64,000 nucleotides of DNA from Bugula neritina (GCA_964035545.1 OZ037767.1:26304628-26368627), one strand, 5' to 3'. Positions 49,837 through 64,000 are shown, counted from the first letter of the stretch. Notes: generated by a model not told the origin, from the letters alone. Translations and numbers: made by a program.

Positions 49837-52624
49837 ATGGGAAAAGACTAAAATTTAGAAAGTAGACCCTGGAGCACTTCTTTAAGCATTTCATCAACTT
49901 ATGACATTGTGTTAAATGGGTTGCATCCTATCATTCTTTACTTAGTATATTGTTTTTGCATATGCATGTTGTAAGCATAGTATAACATTGTATTCTATTT
50001 TTTCTTCCTGATGGGTCTGAATGTAAAACTATTATACTTTTGTCATAAGTTGTTTACTATTTACCAAATATATTTTGATTTTGGAAAATTTTATGCAGGA
50101 TAGAGGTGAAAATGTATGTTCATCATTTTTATAACATAAATATAAAATATATTCATTTAATTAATATGAGAATTCAATATTAAGAATACGATTTCTATCT
50201 ATACCTAGCTCGTTGGTAAACATGAAAAACTCATTGCAGTTTGTTTCTTTTGAATAAACTTTCACATACCTATATAAACAATTTCGTAAATACATCTAAC
50301 TTGTCAATATATTTTATATTATTAAATTCATGATCATTTTAATGTTTTAATTAAAATAGCTTGTATAATTGCAAAAGTGCTAACTCTAGCAATATAAATA
50401 TTATCAACATTATCATTAAAATGACCCCTTATTAGTTTGTGTGACACCTTTAAGCCAATATGTAAGGTAGCTGCTATAAATGGGTCAACATTGAGTCATA
50501 ACTAAATGATAGCGAAGTCAGCTAGCTTTTTACAAATTAAGGAATTGATAACTTCTAAATTGATGATGAAACGAGAACAAAAGGTCACTATTACTAAAAT
50601 ATAATAAAACTTGAGCAAATCAAACAAACACATAAAAAAATTCTTAGTTATAATAAACATTTAAATAGTATCAAATGTGAAAAACCTACCACCAGAATTG
50701 AGACATTGCTTACGCTAATAATTATTTAATGGTTACACTTCTTAATTGCTAACTGTAAAATATTATTTGAGTTGCACTAGTGGGCTTAGTAAGGCTATCA
50801 GAGAGACAAGTAAGAAGCAACTTTTAATTTAAGCAGCCGCTATATTACTTGTTGAACATCAAGTTTGTAAACTCAAACGATTCATAATTGATCGCTATTT
50901 ATATAGTATTCGCAAAACTTTTCCTTATATACTGTCAACCTCAACCATATTTTCCAAATACCACAAGTGTTTTAGATTGATGTAAATCTCCACCATTTTT
51001 AGCTAAAATTCATTTTAAGTAAGATTAATAAATGTGGCCTTGCTCAGTTCAAATGGTGAGACTAATTATTGGTGCTAAACCCAAATCTTAGCTCACCACA
51101 GCATTGGCTCACTTTTGGCTTTTCTAGTGTCTGCGGTGTCTCACCTAAGACAGCTTATTTCTTAGAGTTTCCTTTACCCAAATCATTACTAGTTAGTAGT
51201 GAGTTATAAAATACAAATATACCCCCCCCCCACCTTTAAACTTATACAATGTCATCACAAGTTTCTCAGCATTGCTATCGGCATAACTACAGATATGTGT
51301 TATATAAATAAGCTTGTTATATTGTATGCAATTTTGAGATGAACAATTTATCAAGCGCAATACTCAAAAGCTGGAAAACTATATCTGCTGCACGCATGCG
51401 CAACCAAATAGTTGATTTTTTACAGTATATGTGCAATTTCCTTGTGAATTCTCTAATTATCTTTATTAGCTTGTATTCTATATAAATACAAGTCTGCTTT
51501 AAAAATGTAAGTAGTTTGTTTTCTTTTGATGTGATAAGCCAAGGGTTTAAAGTGTTTTATTCAATATTAGAGACTCTCAGTGGAGACATGTCTTTCTATT
51601 TTGTTTAACATTATCAGTACTGGTCTGTTATTACAGTTGATAAGAGCTCACTTAACTTCACTAAAATAGTAGGTGCAGCAACCTTTTATACCTAATAATT
51701 GGCATTTAATCATATATCACACTTTTCTTACGGCATAGCATTAAATTTGCTGTTTTAACAAATGCTAATAATGCAAAAGGTGCAAAACATTTTAAATCAG
51801 ATAAAGTGACCAAAATTATTTGCAATTGTGATCTAAAAAAAACGATGTTGTAAAATTGTTTATTCTCTGTTAGATCTTTCACTCCATATTTTAAAAGAAC
51901 CGATGATAATTTTCTATTTTAGGATATCAAAAACATACTTGACTTTCAAGAGTGGATAATACAAGTGCAGTGATATAGTAAGGGGTTATTTTTAAAGCTG
52001 CCACTTTTACCAATTGTTCACAGGTGCATAAATTACTAGTTAATACATTTTAGCAATTAAACAATAACTTAATACTAATTTATATGGAAGTTTTTATACG
52101 CAATATTCAAAAAGAATTAAATCGTATAAACCAAGGCAGCTAAACTAGGCACCTGTGTTTTGCAACACCCCCCCTCCCCCTCGCCCCTCCCTCTTGAGGT
52201 TCTTTGTGTTTTGTATCAAGTTGAAGTGGGACAGAGCATCATTGAAGGTCACAAAGTGAGCAGTAACACTTTTATTATGCAATTCACTTGCGTGAGAGAA
52301 AGGCATAAGACTCCATTAGACAGCCAAATTTCAGAAATATCACTAAAACTATTTGCAGCAACAAATTTTGATGGTAAGTTCCTTTAATATATTATTTTAA
52401 ATTACTTACCTTCTGTGCATAAATTTTTAATTTACACATTGTTAACTTAAAACTTAACTTATGTGAAGTTCTAATCCCCCCCCCCCTTAAGTAATTTACA
52501 TGCTCAACCCACAGTTCCTTGTTCAAATTCAATGTATATAGCGCACTTCAACAGCAAACATATAACACTTAAACTCATTTGTAATGTTCGGTCAGTACAA
52601 TATTATTATTGCACATTATTGTAG

Positions 52625-52882
52625 ATGGCACCCATGAATACTGCTGCAGGACTATTTCTGGTACTTCTGCTGCTGCCTGGTATTCTTTGCGACGGTGAGA
52701 CTGATATTTTAAACAAGTGCAGTTGCCGTGAAGGTATTTATAATGAAGGTGGCATAGTCGTGAACTGCTTTCTGTGCGGTCAAATGCAGGATGGTTTAGA
52801 AGTTTCTAGAACAGTTTTTACCAGGTGCTGTTGTGCCTTTCCGTTATACCTTCTTTACTGTATTCAACAAACGTCTAAATAA
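52625..52882 (+). CDS. Small secreted cysteine-rich peptide (85 aa precursor, 8 Cys in the predicted mature part)
   Basis: Hydrophobic signal-like N-terminus MAPMNTAAGLFLVLLLLPGILC-DG, then C-x-C-x13-C-x2-C-x16-CCC-x8-C. Acceptor ttgtag lies immediately before the ATG, with an upstream donor ATG|GTAAGT at 52373. AATAAA occurs at ~52878 and ~52988. GC content is higher than in the flanks. Confidence 0.72.
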   Translation: MAPMNTAAGLFLVLLLLPGILCDGETDILNKCSCREGIYNEGGIVVNCFLCGQMQDGLEVSRTVFTRCCCAFPLYLLYCIQQTSK

Positions 52883-53766
52883 AAAGTGCTCATTGACAAA
52901 ACAAGGCACTCTATTTGCTGTCATTCGCTTTTCTAAACTGTTCCACACGAATAATCAAGCAATGACATGTATGTATGCTTTACTTTGAATAAATGTTTTC
53001 AAAGAAGTGTATTAGTATTGTGTCATGTTTAGAATAAAATACTAGCTTCAAAAATATATTTTGCGATGCGCAGATATAATATTGATAGACTTATTTTTAA
53101 AATATTTTATGTATAAATCACATTTTTATTACAAGTTTCTAAATAATTGTAAGCCTTGAAGCCAAATTAAAACTTTTAATATAGAAGATAATACAGAGTA
53201 AAGCTGATTCAATTTGCAATATTATTGAGGGTTCAGCATGCAATGCTAATCAGACTTACAATTTGTTGAGACACACAAGAACTCTGTCATATAAAATTCT
53301 GGAATTTCTAGAAATATTTATGAATTGTGAGAAATCAACTACTAAATAAAGAGCACTTTCTGCTGAATAATTGTGTAAACTGAAGAGTATAGAAAAGTCA
53401 AGCAGAGAACAATTGACTTTATTACAGCTGGCTTATTCCATAACAGTTACAGTCATGAACTTTTGCAAAATAACAAAATATGCAGTTACAAGTTAGTTAA
53501 TTCTACAGCTCTTTGCTATATTAAAGCTATTAGCATGTATTAATTTTAAAATATAGAAATTTTTTAACAACTAAATATGCAATTTTTGCTACATGCGTGT
53601 TAATAAAATGCTATCAATTAGTTTTTAATATCCATACATCCTAGTTTTTCTGCAATCTATTTTTAAGTATATTATATTTAATTGATAAATATCATTGACA
53701 ATAATTTTGTGGAAAAATTTTAACTTACGTATAATAACTGCACATTAGAAATGTAAACACAATGTC

Positions 53767-55234
53767 TCAAGTATATGTTTGTACTATCATATGAGAACCT
53801 TTTTCTCCAATCATAATAGCTGGAGCATTAGTATTGCCAGATGTGAGATGTGGCATAATAGAGTTGTCTACCACCCTTAGTCCTTGTATTCCACCTTGTA
53901 CTCTACAAGTAAAATAGTTTTTGCCTATCAATGTGTTTTAAACTTTACTAATGGAAATCTAATCAATTTACTTGTGTTATCAAAAGCCATATAATATTCC
54001 ATACCATTCATCTGTGACCATTGTAAAATAGAGTAAGAGAGTTAAATAATATATATAACGACACAATTGTCATATTTACAATAAGGTAGCTGTAATGTAT
54101 CATGAAACGGTCACCATATGTCTTCTAGTTTGCAAATCCATTATGGTCTGCACTTGTGTAATAAATAAATATTAAGATGATTATTTAAATAGCGAGGCAG
54201 GGCCGTAGTTTTCATAAGCAACTGCCGTCACTAACTATTAGAGAGTTGAAATAAATCTTAGAAAACCTGCTGTAAAATATTCTCACCTTAGCTGAGGATC
54301 TACAACTGCGGTGGTATCACCAAGTGCCCCCATCTTACAAGAACCAGCTGGATGATAAAGAACTCCAGTGAAGTTCTTTATCATTTCATCTAAAAACTCG
54401 TCAGACGTTGAATCAACATCTGGAGAAATCCTCTTTCTGGTAGAATGTTTCTCGTCAACAAAATGAGCTCCATATTGCTTGAGCACCTGTGTGTTAGCTA
54501 GATCTCTCATGTAGCGAAGTCCTGTGTATTAAAGACATTAACATGTATTTTGAACACGTATTGTATATACTATATAGTAGGCTAAAACAGAAAAGGGATA
54601 TATGTACAACAATTAGAAAATAAAACTCTTGATAGTATCTAAGTTATATACAAAATGCCAAGTAATTCACACGACTGTGAAAACAACAAACTTGTCCTAT
54701 TTTACATAATCGAGCGAGCTGCATATACAATGTATGTGCTTTAAGTAAAAGATGAGCAAAAACAATCTTGACAGCTTGTAAAGGATAAAAAAACTGCCTA
54801 TAATGTTGAAAAATTGTGTTCGCTAGTTTTGCTGTTGTAAAAGAAAATTGCCTGCAGGAAACATTTTTGAACAAAAAATGTTATTCAAGTTGTTATTCAA
54901 GGCAAATTTACAAAAATTGAGTTTGTATGATGTTTATCTGGTGTTAAATAGTACGTTTTATTACAAAATTTTAGTTCTAAAAATAGCTTGCTTCAGTGTT
55001 TCTACAAGTCCAAAAGTCTAATGCTCATAGAAACTATTACAAAAAACTGCATATTTTAACTTGGCAAAATAGTTATTCAGCTCTCAGTGTGCCAGTAATA
55101 GAATGCGTGGAATATAAAGTTTCGTTATACACTCGTGGGAGAAACAGCTAAAGTTGTTGATTGCCAATCTTGAATTAAAAACGTTTATATCAGCTGCACC
55201 ACCATTAAAATAAGCATGGTGTTTACCAGTATAG

Positions 55235-55321
<87 letters not shown>

Positions 55322-55348
55322 TGTGGGTGCGTGCGTGCGTGCGTGCAA

Positions 55349-55423
<75 letters not shown>

Positions 55424-58400
55424 TGTGTGCGCGTGCCTGTGCGTATGCGTGTGCGTGTGTGTTGGCATTCTTCCATTTACTCACCAGCTTTAGCAGCTTC
55501 ACGATCTTTTGGTGTGGAGAGTAGTTTGGGATCTATTATTGGACGATCAAATGGGTCAGAACTTGCTAGAGTTATTGATCCAGTGCCTTCAGGATGTAAT
55601 ACTGTCGCAGATAAAGTACTTCCTGCTTTGTGAGAGTTACTAAAGTAGTAGTTGTGTTCCTACAGCATAATCTGTACTAACGTATTCATAGGCCTTATAT
55701 TATGAAAAACACAATACATATATGTACTCTCCATCATTTGTTAAAATATGCAAAAAAAAGGTACTTTGTGGTGCTTTATATCAGTATATCATAGCCCTTA
55801 GTTTTAAACAAAAGACTTTCCGAGTGACGAGATCATCTTATCTACTGTGAGTTGATACTTTGACCTCACAGAAAGTTCATCTCAGGAAACACTTCACAAA
55901 AATGGATTTTACAGTAAGGATCAATTACATATCAAACATCTGTAGTGCTATGACTAGCTAATATATAGTATGATATAGTATAGTATAGTATAGTATGATA
56001 TTACTTCAGAAGTAAACTCACAACGTCAGGCCGGAGGTTCAAGCTGCTCACATATTTGTCTCCTTTATGAGAACTGAGGATCAGACCTAGAGCACTGAGC
56101 TGTACTTTAGGCATTTGGTCATTCATCACGTAGTTACCATCCTTAACATCCAGGAAACTCATCATCTGAATTGGATCCGCACTCAGCACTCCTTCACGAA
56201 AAAGAGCATAGAAGGCATCTAGCAGGTCAACACGAGGGCACCTGTTACTGCGCTGTCACCATTTTTTTAAATCTTTTTATAGAGAACTTTGACATTGATG
56301 CATTATAGCTTGACACATATGCTTTAGAACTCTAAAGCATAACATTATTTCTTTACCTTTACCACACAGTTTGAAGTTCAGATTTGATGAAAAAGTAGAA
56401 ATCTCGCTCTTGTCAAAGAGTCCAACTTCGTTAGGTTTATCGAAAAAAATTTGATTGAATACAGTGGCATGATCTTGAAAATTCAGCCCGACAGGTAGAT
56501 CAGCAATGAGAGGAATCTGTAAAATCACTATTCAGTCTAAGTCACATGTGAATCCCTATTCAGTTTAAATCACAAAGGAAACTATTAGAGGACAGATATA
56601 TTTGGTTTGAGAATATCATTTGGTGACACAGTACAGTCTAACTAAGTTTTTAGCAACAGTGTGTAGACCCTATAGAGATGACAACTCCACTACTAATAAT
56701 CTCTTAACCTAGTAATGCTACTCTCTCAGTATTAGTCAAATTGTGTCAGCCACTGTAAACGAATTACTCCCACTGCAGTTCCCCAACTTGCAAGCTAGCG
56801 TGCTAACCACTACACTATAGATTCTACTGGGCATCATAACACCACAGCCCCAAATTAATTCTAATTTTAGATGACAGCATCAAATATTAAAATATTGCCT
56901 CACTTCAACACCAAATACTCCCTAATACTCAGCAGTAACTTCAATCACTAACATTATGTTTCTTTAGTTCGGCCTTAGGTCCAACACCAGATAAGAGAAG
57001 CAGGTGAGGGGAGTTTATTGCACCCGCTGATACAATCACTTCTTTTGTTGCAAGCACTTGGTAGGAGTTGCCTCCTTCTTTCACAAATTCAACTCCAGTA
57101 GCTCTTTTACCCTCAAATGTAATCTACAATAAAATATAGAACATAAAGTTTTACAAGTCAAGTTTTTAATTTCAGTAGCTAAGCAAAAAAAACTTTTCAT
57201 ACTTAAATATGTTTTATATTGCTAAATTATTTAACATTATCAAAAAAACTAGCAAAGCTTATCAAAATTGCAATTTATTTCATGTACACAGCTGTAAAGT
57301 CTCACATGAGAGGAGTACATAGCTATTGTATGCCAAACTATTATTTGGATATTAACAAATAATTAAAAGCTAGCATTTAGAAAACCAATGGAGGGTTGGC
57401 TTATCACTATCAACAATTTTTTTATTATCTGAAACAGTAGCTAGTAGTAGTCTCATTAAATATTTTATTAATCAAGTGTGGCTAATGATTTGCTTTTAGG
57501 TATTATGGAAATAGCAATACAACTCAGATTAAATTTACAATCAGAAAAAAATTAGAATATGCCATTACCAGCAAAGCTGTATGCGACTTAATATAGGCTG
57601 TCCAAAGCTAATTTAGCATTGTGGGTTTTGAAGACCATTGAAAGTACTAAAACTATAGATAGTGAATCATTTTATTGCACATATATAGTATAATATACCA
57701 ACATATATATATATAGAGTATATACATATTACTTTTTGGTGAATGAAATGAAATTTGCTTTAGGTGAGGACAAGGTAGACAATAGAAAGCACATGCAGCT
57801 GAAACCATCTTCAGAACACTCTTTCTATACAATATATTAGACATAAAATATGACTAATATTTTTACTATTTTTGGTAAAAATGCACAAAATAACGTATTC
57901 TATTTTCGATAAAGTATGTTGCTATTTTTATTACCTTAGTGACATGAGCATTAGTGATAACGTGAAGATTTGACCTTGACATTGCTGGTCTAAGATAGGC
58001 TTTAGCTGTACTACATCTCTCTCCATTTCTTATTGTAGTGTGTGACTTCGTAGCCCCTTTGCACAATAATATTCAACATTGCATAAAGTAGGCTACTTAT
58101 AAAAAATAATACATAACTCTTACAATTTCTATAGAAATTACTTGAATTTTACGAAATTGAAGCTTTTGCAAAAGCTAAAATATCTGTACTTTGACCTATC
58201 TGCCTAGCTGTCTAACACATGTTGAGCACATTTATAGCATATCTATAACATATAAATATGGCATATATTACATAGCATATGTAACATAGTTATAGCATAT
58301 AGGAAAGACAACCTCCAACCAACCATTGTTAATTCCGCTGTTATAGCATGGGTTCTCAGGTACACCAAGTTCTGCAGACGCCTCAATCAGAAGGTCACAG

Positions 58401-59629
58401 ATTCTATAAGTATTGTTTAGTGACACAGTAAGTGGGCCACGGTGACCTAAATCATCTGCAATCAATACAACCTATTATAGTATAGATAATTTGATTTGAG
58501 TTGATTTAAATTAACAAATCAAATTTGTTAGCTGTATGCTTACTAAATGGAGGTGTACACAAATAGCAATGCAGGAGTTACAACTTGATAAAATTGAACT
58601 TGAGGTTAACACCTTACAATAATGTTTGTCAAATTATTTTAAGTTCAACTAAAGAAGCTTGTAAATATTTAATAATAGGTTTAGTTTGTGCTGGATTCAG
58701 TTGTGTGTATTATAGTTCAAACTCTATACTTTATCTGTGCACACTCACACTGGGAAAAATATACAGCTTACAACAAAACTGTGTGATAACGTACAAATCT
58801 TATCAGTAGATATTGAAATTAGAGCAAAACATAGTTGAAGCTTTGACTTTCAACAGATAAGCATTCATATTGTTATAGCCATTGGAATGCTACATAACAC
58901 AACCCCAAACCTCTATCTTTCATGAAATGGTTCTCCATTTTCTTAAAGTACTCCTTCACTGTGTCCCAACCCCAACCTTCACAGCCCTTCTGTTCCCAAC
59001 TGTCATAGTCATCTCTATGACCTCTAGCATATATCATCCAGTTTACAGAGCTACCACCTCCTAGCACCTTGCCATGCTGCGTGTAACTTCTCTGTAAAAC
59101 CAGATATTTGGAGTACAGATTGATCAAACTTTCACTTATCAATTTCACAAGCTCACGATAAAATATCTAATCACTTTTTCCACATATTATGGTGGTTTGT
59201 TTTATGTAGCATTTATACTCATATCACCATAACTGCAAGCTGATTTCTCAACACAAAGCTGTGTTTGCTTTCCACACCAAAAATATAATTTCCAATTGAA
59301 CTTATTTTTAATTTTGTCATCATGATTTATTGTTGGCTACAAAATCTAAAGATAAAAATCAACACTGATCTTTATCGTGCAGTGAATTTCAGGTATTTAA
59401 AAATAATTTAATGTAATAATGCTTGAGAATACAAAGTGCTTCAAATAAAATGACGTATTGTAAAACCATGTATATTTAAAATACTGGACAACTTCCAAAT
59501 AAAAGATGCCTATATATAAACCAGTTTGTACTATAAATAGTCTTAATATAATATTAAACAACGCGGTAAGTCCAGCTTTGCCATGAAAAACCGGGAAGAC
59601 CATCAGCAAGCATATATGCAATTAATATA

Positions 59630-59662
<33 letters not shown>

Positions 59663-61330
59663 CACTGATTTATAGTGAAAACATGCATTAGCTAGAATAA
59701 ATATATAAGTAAACAGTCTATAACCAAATGTTAGAGCCCCACTTTCAGCGAATCCACTAAAAACACACTCTTAATAGACAAAATCCAGAGACAAGAACTG
59801 TCTTATATTTATATTACTGAAGTTGACTGAATACTGTTGCCTGAGAACTACCTGGTCTTTGTATGCCTGGCAGTTATCTTGGGGGGCCGTCAGGTCCTGC
59901 CACATTGCATCAGGCTCAGTACAAGCTTGTGCCGCAAGAAGTGGAACCGGTATAGCAGGGTACTTTGTCTCTTCATCACCAGCCTCAATCAAAAGAACCT
60001 TGAACTTGCCACTTGCTGACAGCCGATTGGCTAATACACAGCCCGCAGACCCTGCACCTACTGCATATCCACAAAACATATAAAACTGTTAACTTATAAC
60101 TCCTGCATGTATAGCATTGCGCCAGCATAATATACAGTATACTCATACTGTAAAGTAATATTATACAAAGATATATACAAAACTGTTAATAAAGAGTCCC
60201 TGAGTTGGAGGATGGTGGAGGTGCGAGATTGAGAGCTTGTGATGTACACAAGGGCCAAAAATGCTTAGCCAAAAAGAACTTAGCATAGACTGGCCACTAC
60301 TGCCCCCGAAACTATCAGAAATTGAGAGAATTTGACAATTATACTGATTGAAAACCCAGGCTAGTCTTCTAGACTCTATACTCTATAGAGCAAAACTAAA
60401 ATTTCATCAAAAGGTCATAGCAAACTGCAAATTAATAGTACAACACATTACTTTTATGTAAGTCTAGGGTCATAAGCTGCGTACATAGTGCCTATCATAT
60501 TTCATATTGTATGACATCTAATGATTTATGTACTGTGTCACGAGTCAGTTCACAAGCTATTGAAAATTTGTGGCATGCAGCTAGGCTCAGTGATGTTTAA
60601 AAAGTGACTATAGTATCCAACAGATTCAGTATAAAAGAAATATGACGGTGCTATAAATCAAACCTGTGCATATAATATCAGATTGAACATTATTGCAGTC
60701 TGTGTTTATATTATATGCAGATTGTACCAAGATAGGTCCTATAACCTATCGAAAAGGTGTGGAAGTATGGACATGTGTACCACTATAGAAGTGTAATATA
60801 AGGGATGCAGTACAATCCTGTATGGACATACTATATATAAGTACAAGAGACAGCTACTCATTCTGTAAACCTATATAATATACAGTATAACCATACTATA
60901 AACCTGTATAATATACAACTTACTCATACTATAAACCAATGCAATAATATGCAGTGTAACCATACATTAAACCAATATAATATACAGTATATATAACCAT
61001 ACTATAATAACCCATATAATATACAATAGGCTATAATCATACTATAAACCTATATAATATACAGTATAATCATACTATAAACCTATATAATATACAGTAT
61101 AATCATACTATAAACCTATATAATATACATTAGAATCATACATTAAAGTAATCCTGTAACTCACCAATAACAAAATCATAATGGCTGTCACATTGCGTCA
61201 CGACTCCACTTCTGGAATACTTTAGGAGTTGTCTGATGCCCACAGCTAGTGAGACTGTAGCTATTACACCAGGTACTAGCTTCTTTCTGTCAGTCAGAAT
61301 ATCAGTGACTAATGACTTCAACTCCTCCAT
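53767..61330 (-). CDS. Glucose-methanol-choline (GMC) oxidoreductase, FAD-dependent (glucose/choline/alcohol dehydrogenase-like), ~618 aa, 11 exons
   Basis: Exons (minus): 61165-61330, 59852-60060, 58911-59091, 58324-58455, 57935-58056, 56953-57123, 56357-56516, 56022-56191, 55485-55659, 54287-54521, 53767-53902 (1857 nt, phases consistent). Motifs [78 protein letters not shown] and [11 protein letters not shown]...[14 protein letters not shown] (His/Asn catalytic pair). Confidence 0.93.
55237..55461. repeat. Compound (GT)n/(GCGT)n microsatellite in a GMC intron
   Basis: Direct sequence. Confidence 0.95.
56750..56820 (-). mobile_element. Possible tRNA-derived SINE head fragment
   Basis: Minus strand reads TAGTGTAGTGGTTAGCACGCTAGCTTGCAAG (A-box-like). 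A related fragment with a B-box-like GCTCGAATC lies at ~41858-41915. No full cloverleaf. Confidence 0.4.
60858..61142. repeat. ~33-bp minisatellite (CATACTATAAACCTATATAATATACAGTATAAT), about 8 degenerate copies, in GMC intron 1
   Basis: Near-perfect units start at 61038, 61071 and 61104; more degenerate units lie upstream. Confidence 0.85.
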
Positions 61331-63153
61331 CTTGTAGAGTGAAAGTCAATATTGTATAACTAAAGATAACCCGTGACTTGTGCACTATAACTGTAAACAT
61401 GATATGCATCAGCTAGTTCCTGCACGCTGTGAGGATTATCAGATGTGTCAACTATACAGAATTAGAATATGATATTGTTAACCAAACAAAACTACATCAG
61501 GAATTCTCACAGTATTATTGCTTAGAAATATATAAAAAGTTGACCATTTTAGCTTGCAATTACTTACATTTATTAATTATGCTGCACTTTATATGCTAAA
61601 TCATTATTGGAAAGCATATACTAGGCTTTGTGGTTTTATGACTATATGTTCCAATGCACTTTGCTATGAATATGAAACCTACGTATCCATAATAATTTAT
61701 TGTTGGCAGATCTGAATTGGAAAACCAGGGTTATAAATTTTTGAAGTGAAAATGTTAAGAGTTCAGCTCCTACCACATATGAGTAACTACAGGCTAATAA
61801 TAGTTTCTGAATAGCTGCAAGTCATAATATATTAGGATCGATAAATACCCATTACCACTGACAATTTATTGAGCATATCATTTTGTAAAAACATTTACCT
61901 ATCTTGGCGGCCAAGATTTAGGATTCTAATACTTCTAGTATAACTGAATAACTCATACAGCATATATGCTGGCCACTTTACTTTAAAGCGAATTTGTAAC
62001 ATAATAACAATATTATTATATTTATCAAAAAAGGTAAACATGCACATTATTTGTATCAGAAAAGCAATATTAAACAATACTGGCCAGCCTTTGACTGCAT
62101 CAATATTAACGTTTAAGTCAGCATTCTGTATATGATTTACAAACAGCTCGGCAGCATAATATCCTATGTTTGTATCATCTTGCTTCTTGGTTTTAAGTAA
62201 ATCATAGAATTAAGCTTCACATACTGTTGTAAGTTGGCAATAAGTGGTAAGTTCAACTCACAAAGTTGTCTTGCTAAATATTGAATTAGTTATTCAAATG
62301 TTGCTGAAAGTAGCATGTCTTCTAAAAGCAAATGTTTGGAAATGAGGCTAGACTAAGCAGATTTGAGCATCTGTTGATGTAATTTACGAATTCATATTTT
62401 TCTAATTCATGCTTGTTAGATTTGTTAACGTGATTTGTTTTATGTTTAATTTCTGCATGGGGTTGCGGCATCGCTAACGGAGTTGTAGTGTCTTGGAGCT
62501 TTATAATAACTTTCACAACATAATACAATGTCACAACTTCTGCTGCAGATACTTATAGGGGAGGTTGGGGGTATACTTCTCACAGTCACTAGAGTATAAT
62601 TTCTTGTTCTTTCGGTATAAGTGAGAATGGCAGTAGATTGCTTGAATATGATGCAACAAAATAGTAAGTTGTATTCAAGTGAGATAAATCTGTATATTTT
62701 GACTAATGAGTGTATTAGAATTTTTCTTTGGAATTTAAATGGTTTTTTCTATTTCACAAGTGGACAACTCCTAACACTTCAATTATCTGGAAAACTATTC
62801 GATAAACAGCTACTCTGCTATTATTCTGACAGCTCAACAGTGTCAGTATGAAATAGAGAGCAGGCAACTCTGAACATGCTGCTTCATTATAACTGATAAT
62901 AGTATTATGTATGTAGAGTATGTGAATAATGAGTAAACAACTTCAACAGAAATTTTATGTAACACACTACAAGTGGCAGACGCGTTGGTCCTGATACTAA
63001 GATACTTTCTACATCACAAACTAAATCCATAATTGATACATCAGCTATTAATTAACATTGTATTTTGTAGCATGAATTACAGCATAGAAACAATTGTGCA
63101 AACAATATACAACAAATGATCATTAATACTACTGTAGATGTATAACAATGTTC

Positions 63154-63411
63154 CTATTTGTATCCTTTAAATGGCCGATTTCCATAAACAATCTTAAGAA
63201 CTTCAGGGTGCTTCCTCCACCACTTCTCCTTGTCTACTATTTTAATATGGGCTAGATCATAGGCCTTAGAGCCACTGTTGCCAGGGTAACCTACAAACAA
63301 ACCAATTACATCATGTGGATAAGTGTAGAAAGTGCCAGTAAAGACTGAGATAATAGAATTTATAATAAAAGAGAACGGGTATCCACCCATTACTTGTATA
63401 TAAGCTGTCAA
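63154..63411 (-). CDS. Probable terminal exon of an unidentified gene extending beyond the window
   Basis: Acceptor ttctgtaag| directly precedes an 85-codon open frame (LTAYIQVMGGYPFSFIINS...FVGYPGNSGSKAYD...KWWRKHPEVLKIVYGNRPFKGYK*) with protein-like composition. Family not recognised. Confidence 0.55.
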   Translation of the reverse strand: MTAYIQVMGGYPFSFIINSIISVFTGTFYTYPHDVIGLFVGYPGNSGSKAYDLAHIKIVDKEKWWRKHPEVLKIVYGNRPFKGYK

Positions 63412-63799
63412 CTTACAGAAGTATAAAATGTATCAACTACTGTTAGATTGCTTGTTCACTTATTGAGAGATAACTTAGCCATGCAACCCCCTTGTGAGGA
63501 GGTTGCCGTGTGAGAAGTATATGATATAAATGCACACTTTCACTGGAGTGTAATACAATATAGTTTTTATAAATTGGCAACATTGATAATTTGTAATTAA
63601 ATGGTAAAACAGCATCTGTGATCAGTTTCATTCTGTTTAGTAGAGGACCATTGAGAATCTGAATATCCATACATCAACTTTAACATTAAATGCATCAATT
63701 TTCACACTCCAGACTGGCTGAAAATAAAGCAACTATTTAAACTTTCTCTCTAATCACTCAGATTGTAGCCAGTGACGCAAAAATGCTTTTAGCATACAC

Positions 63800-63906
63800 C
63801 ATCTAACCTACAACTGACCTATATTCAACCTACATCTGACCTATATCTGACCTACATCTAACGTATGTACACTTGACCTACGTGTGACCTATATCTGACC
63901 TACATC
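63800..63906. repeat. Degenerate ~11-bp tandem repeat (CTGACCTA[C/T]AT)
   Basis: Direct sequence. Confidence 0.75.
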
Positions 63907-64000
63907 TTCAATAAAACAACATTTCAACTGAAAAAGTTCCACACAGAAAGTGTCTATTTGGCAGAAGTCAGAAAAAGGAAGAATAGTTACTACAATATAC

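Noticed and set aside
56750-56820. tRNA gene
   Set aside because: Only an A-box-like 5' half is present, with no T-arm or acceptor stem; at most a SINE relic.
60858-61142. 33-bp repeats as a CRISPR array
   Set aside because: Contiguous tandem units without unique spacers, inside a eukaryotic intron, with no cas genes.

Overview
AT-rich, intron-containing animal (invertebrate-type) genomic DNA. Genes were rebuilt by hand from GT/AG splice sites with consistent exon phases. (1) A + strand tandem array of divergent NTAN1-like genes (protein N-terminal asparagine amidohydrolase): three complete 10-coding-exon copies (A 20017-25231, B 32577-37605, C 44249-49836), the 3' end of a fourth copy at the window start, an orphan exon 9 (41607-41788) and an exon-10 remnant (~29190). 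(2) A 15-exon L-asparaginase/ankyrin gene (ASPG-like, - strand, 6854-14434) nested in the array, head-to-head with copy A. (3) A small secreted 8-cysteine peptide gene (52625-52882). (4) An 11-exon GMC oxidoreductase (- strand, 53767-61330). (5) A probable last exon of an unidentified gene (63154-63411). Decayed piggyBac, TIR/MITE, CR1/L2- and RTE-type LINE fragments and microsatellites lie between them. The most notable feature is the co-location of two unrelated asparagine-deamidating enzyme families. The normally single-copy NTAN1 is expanded, mosaic and shows clusters of amino-acid-changing substitutions. Any shared function is inference.
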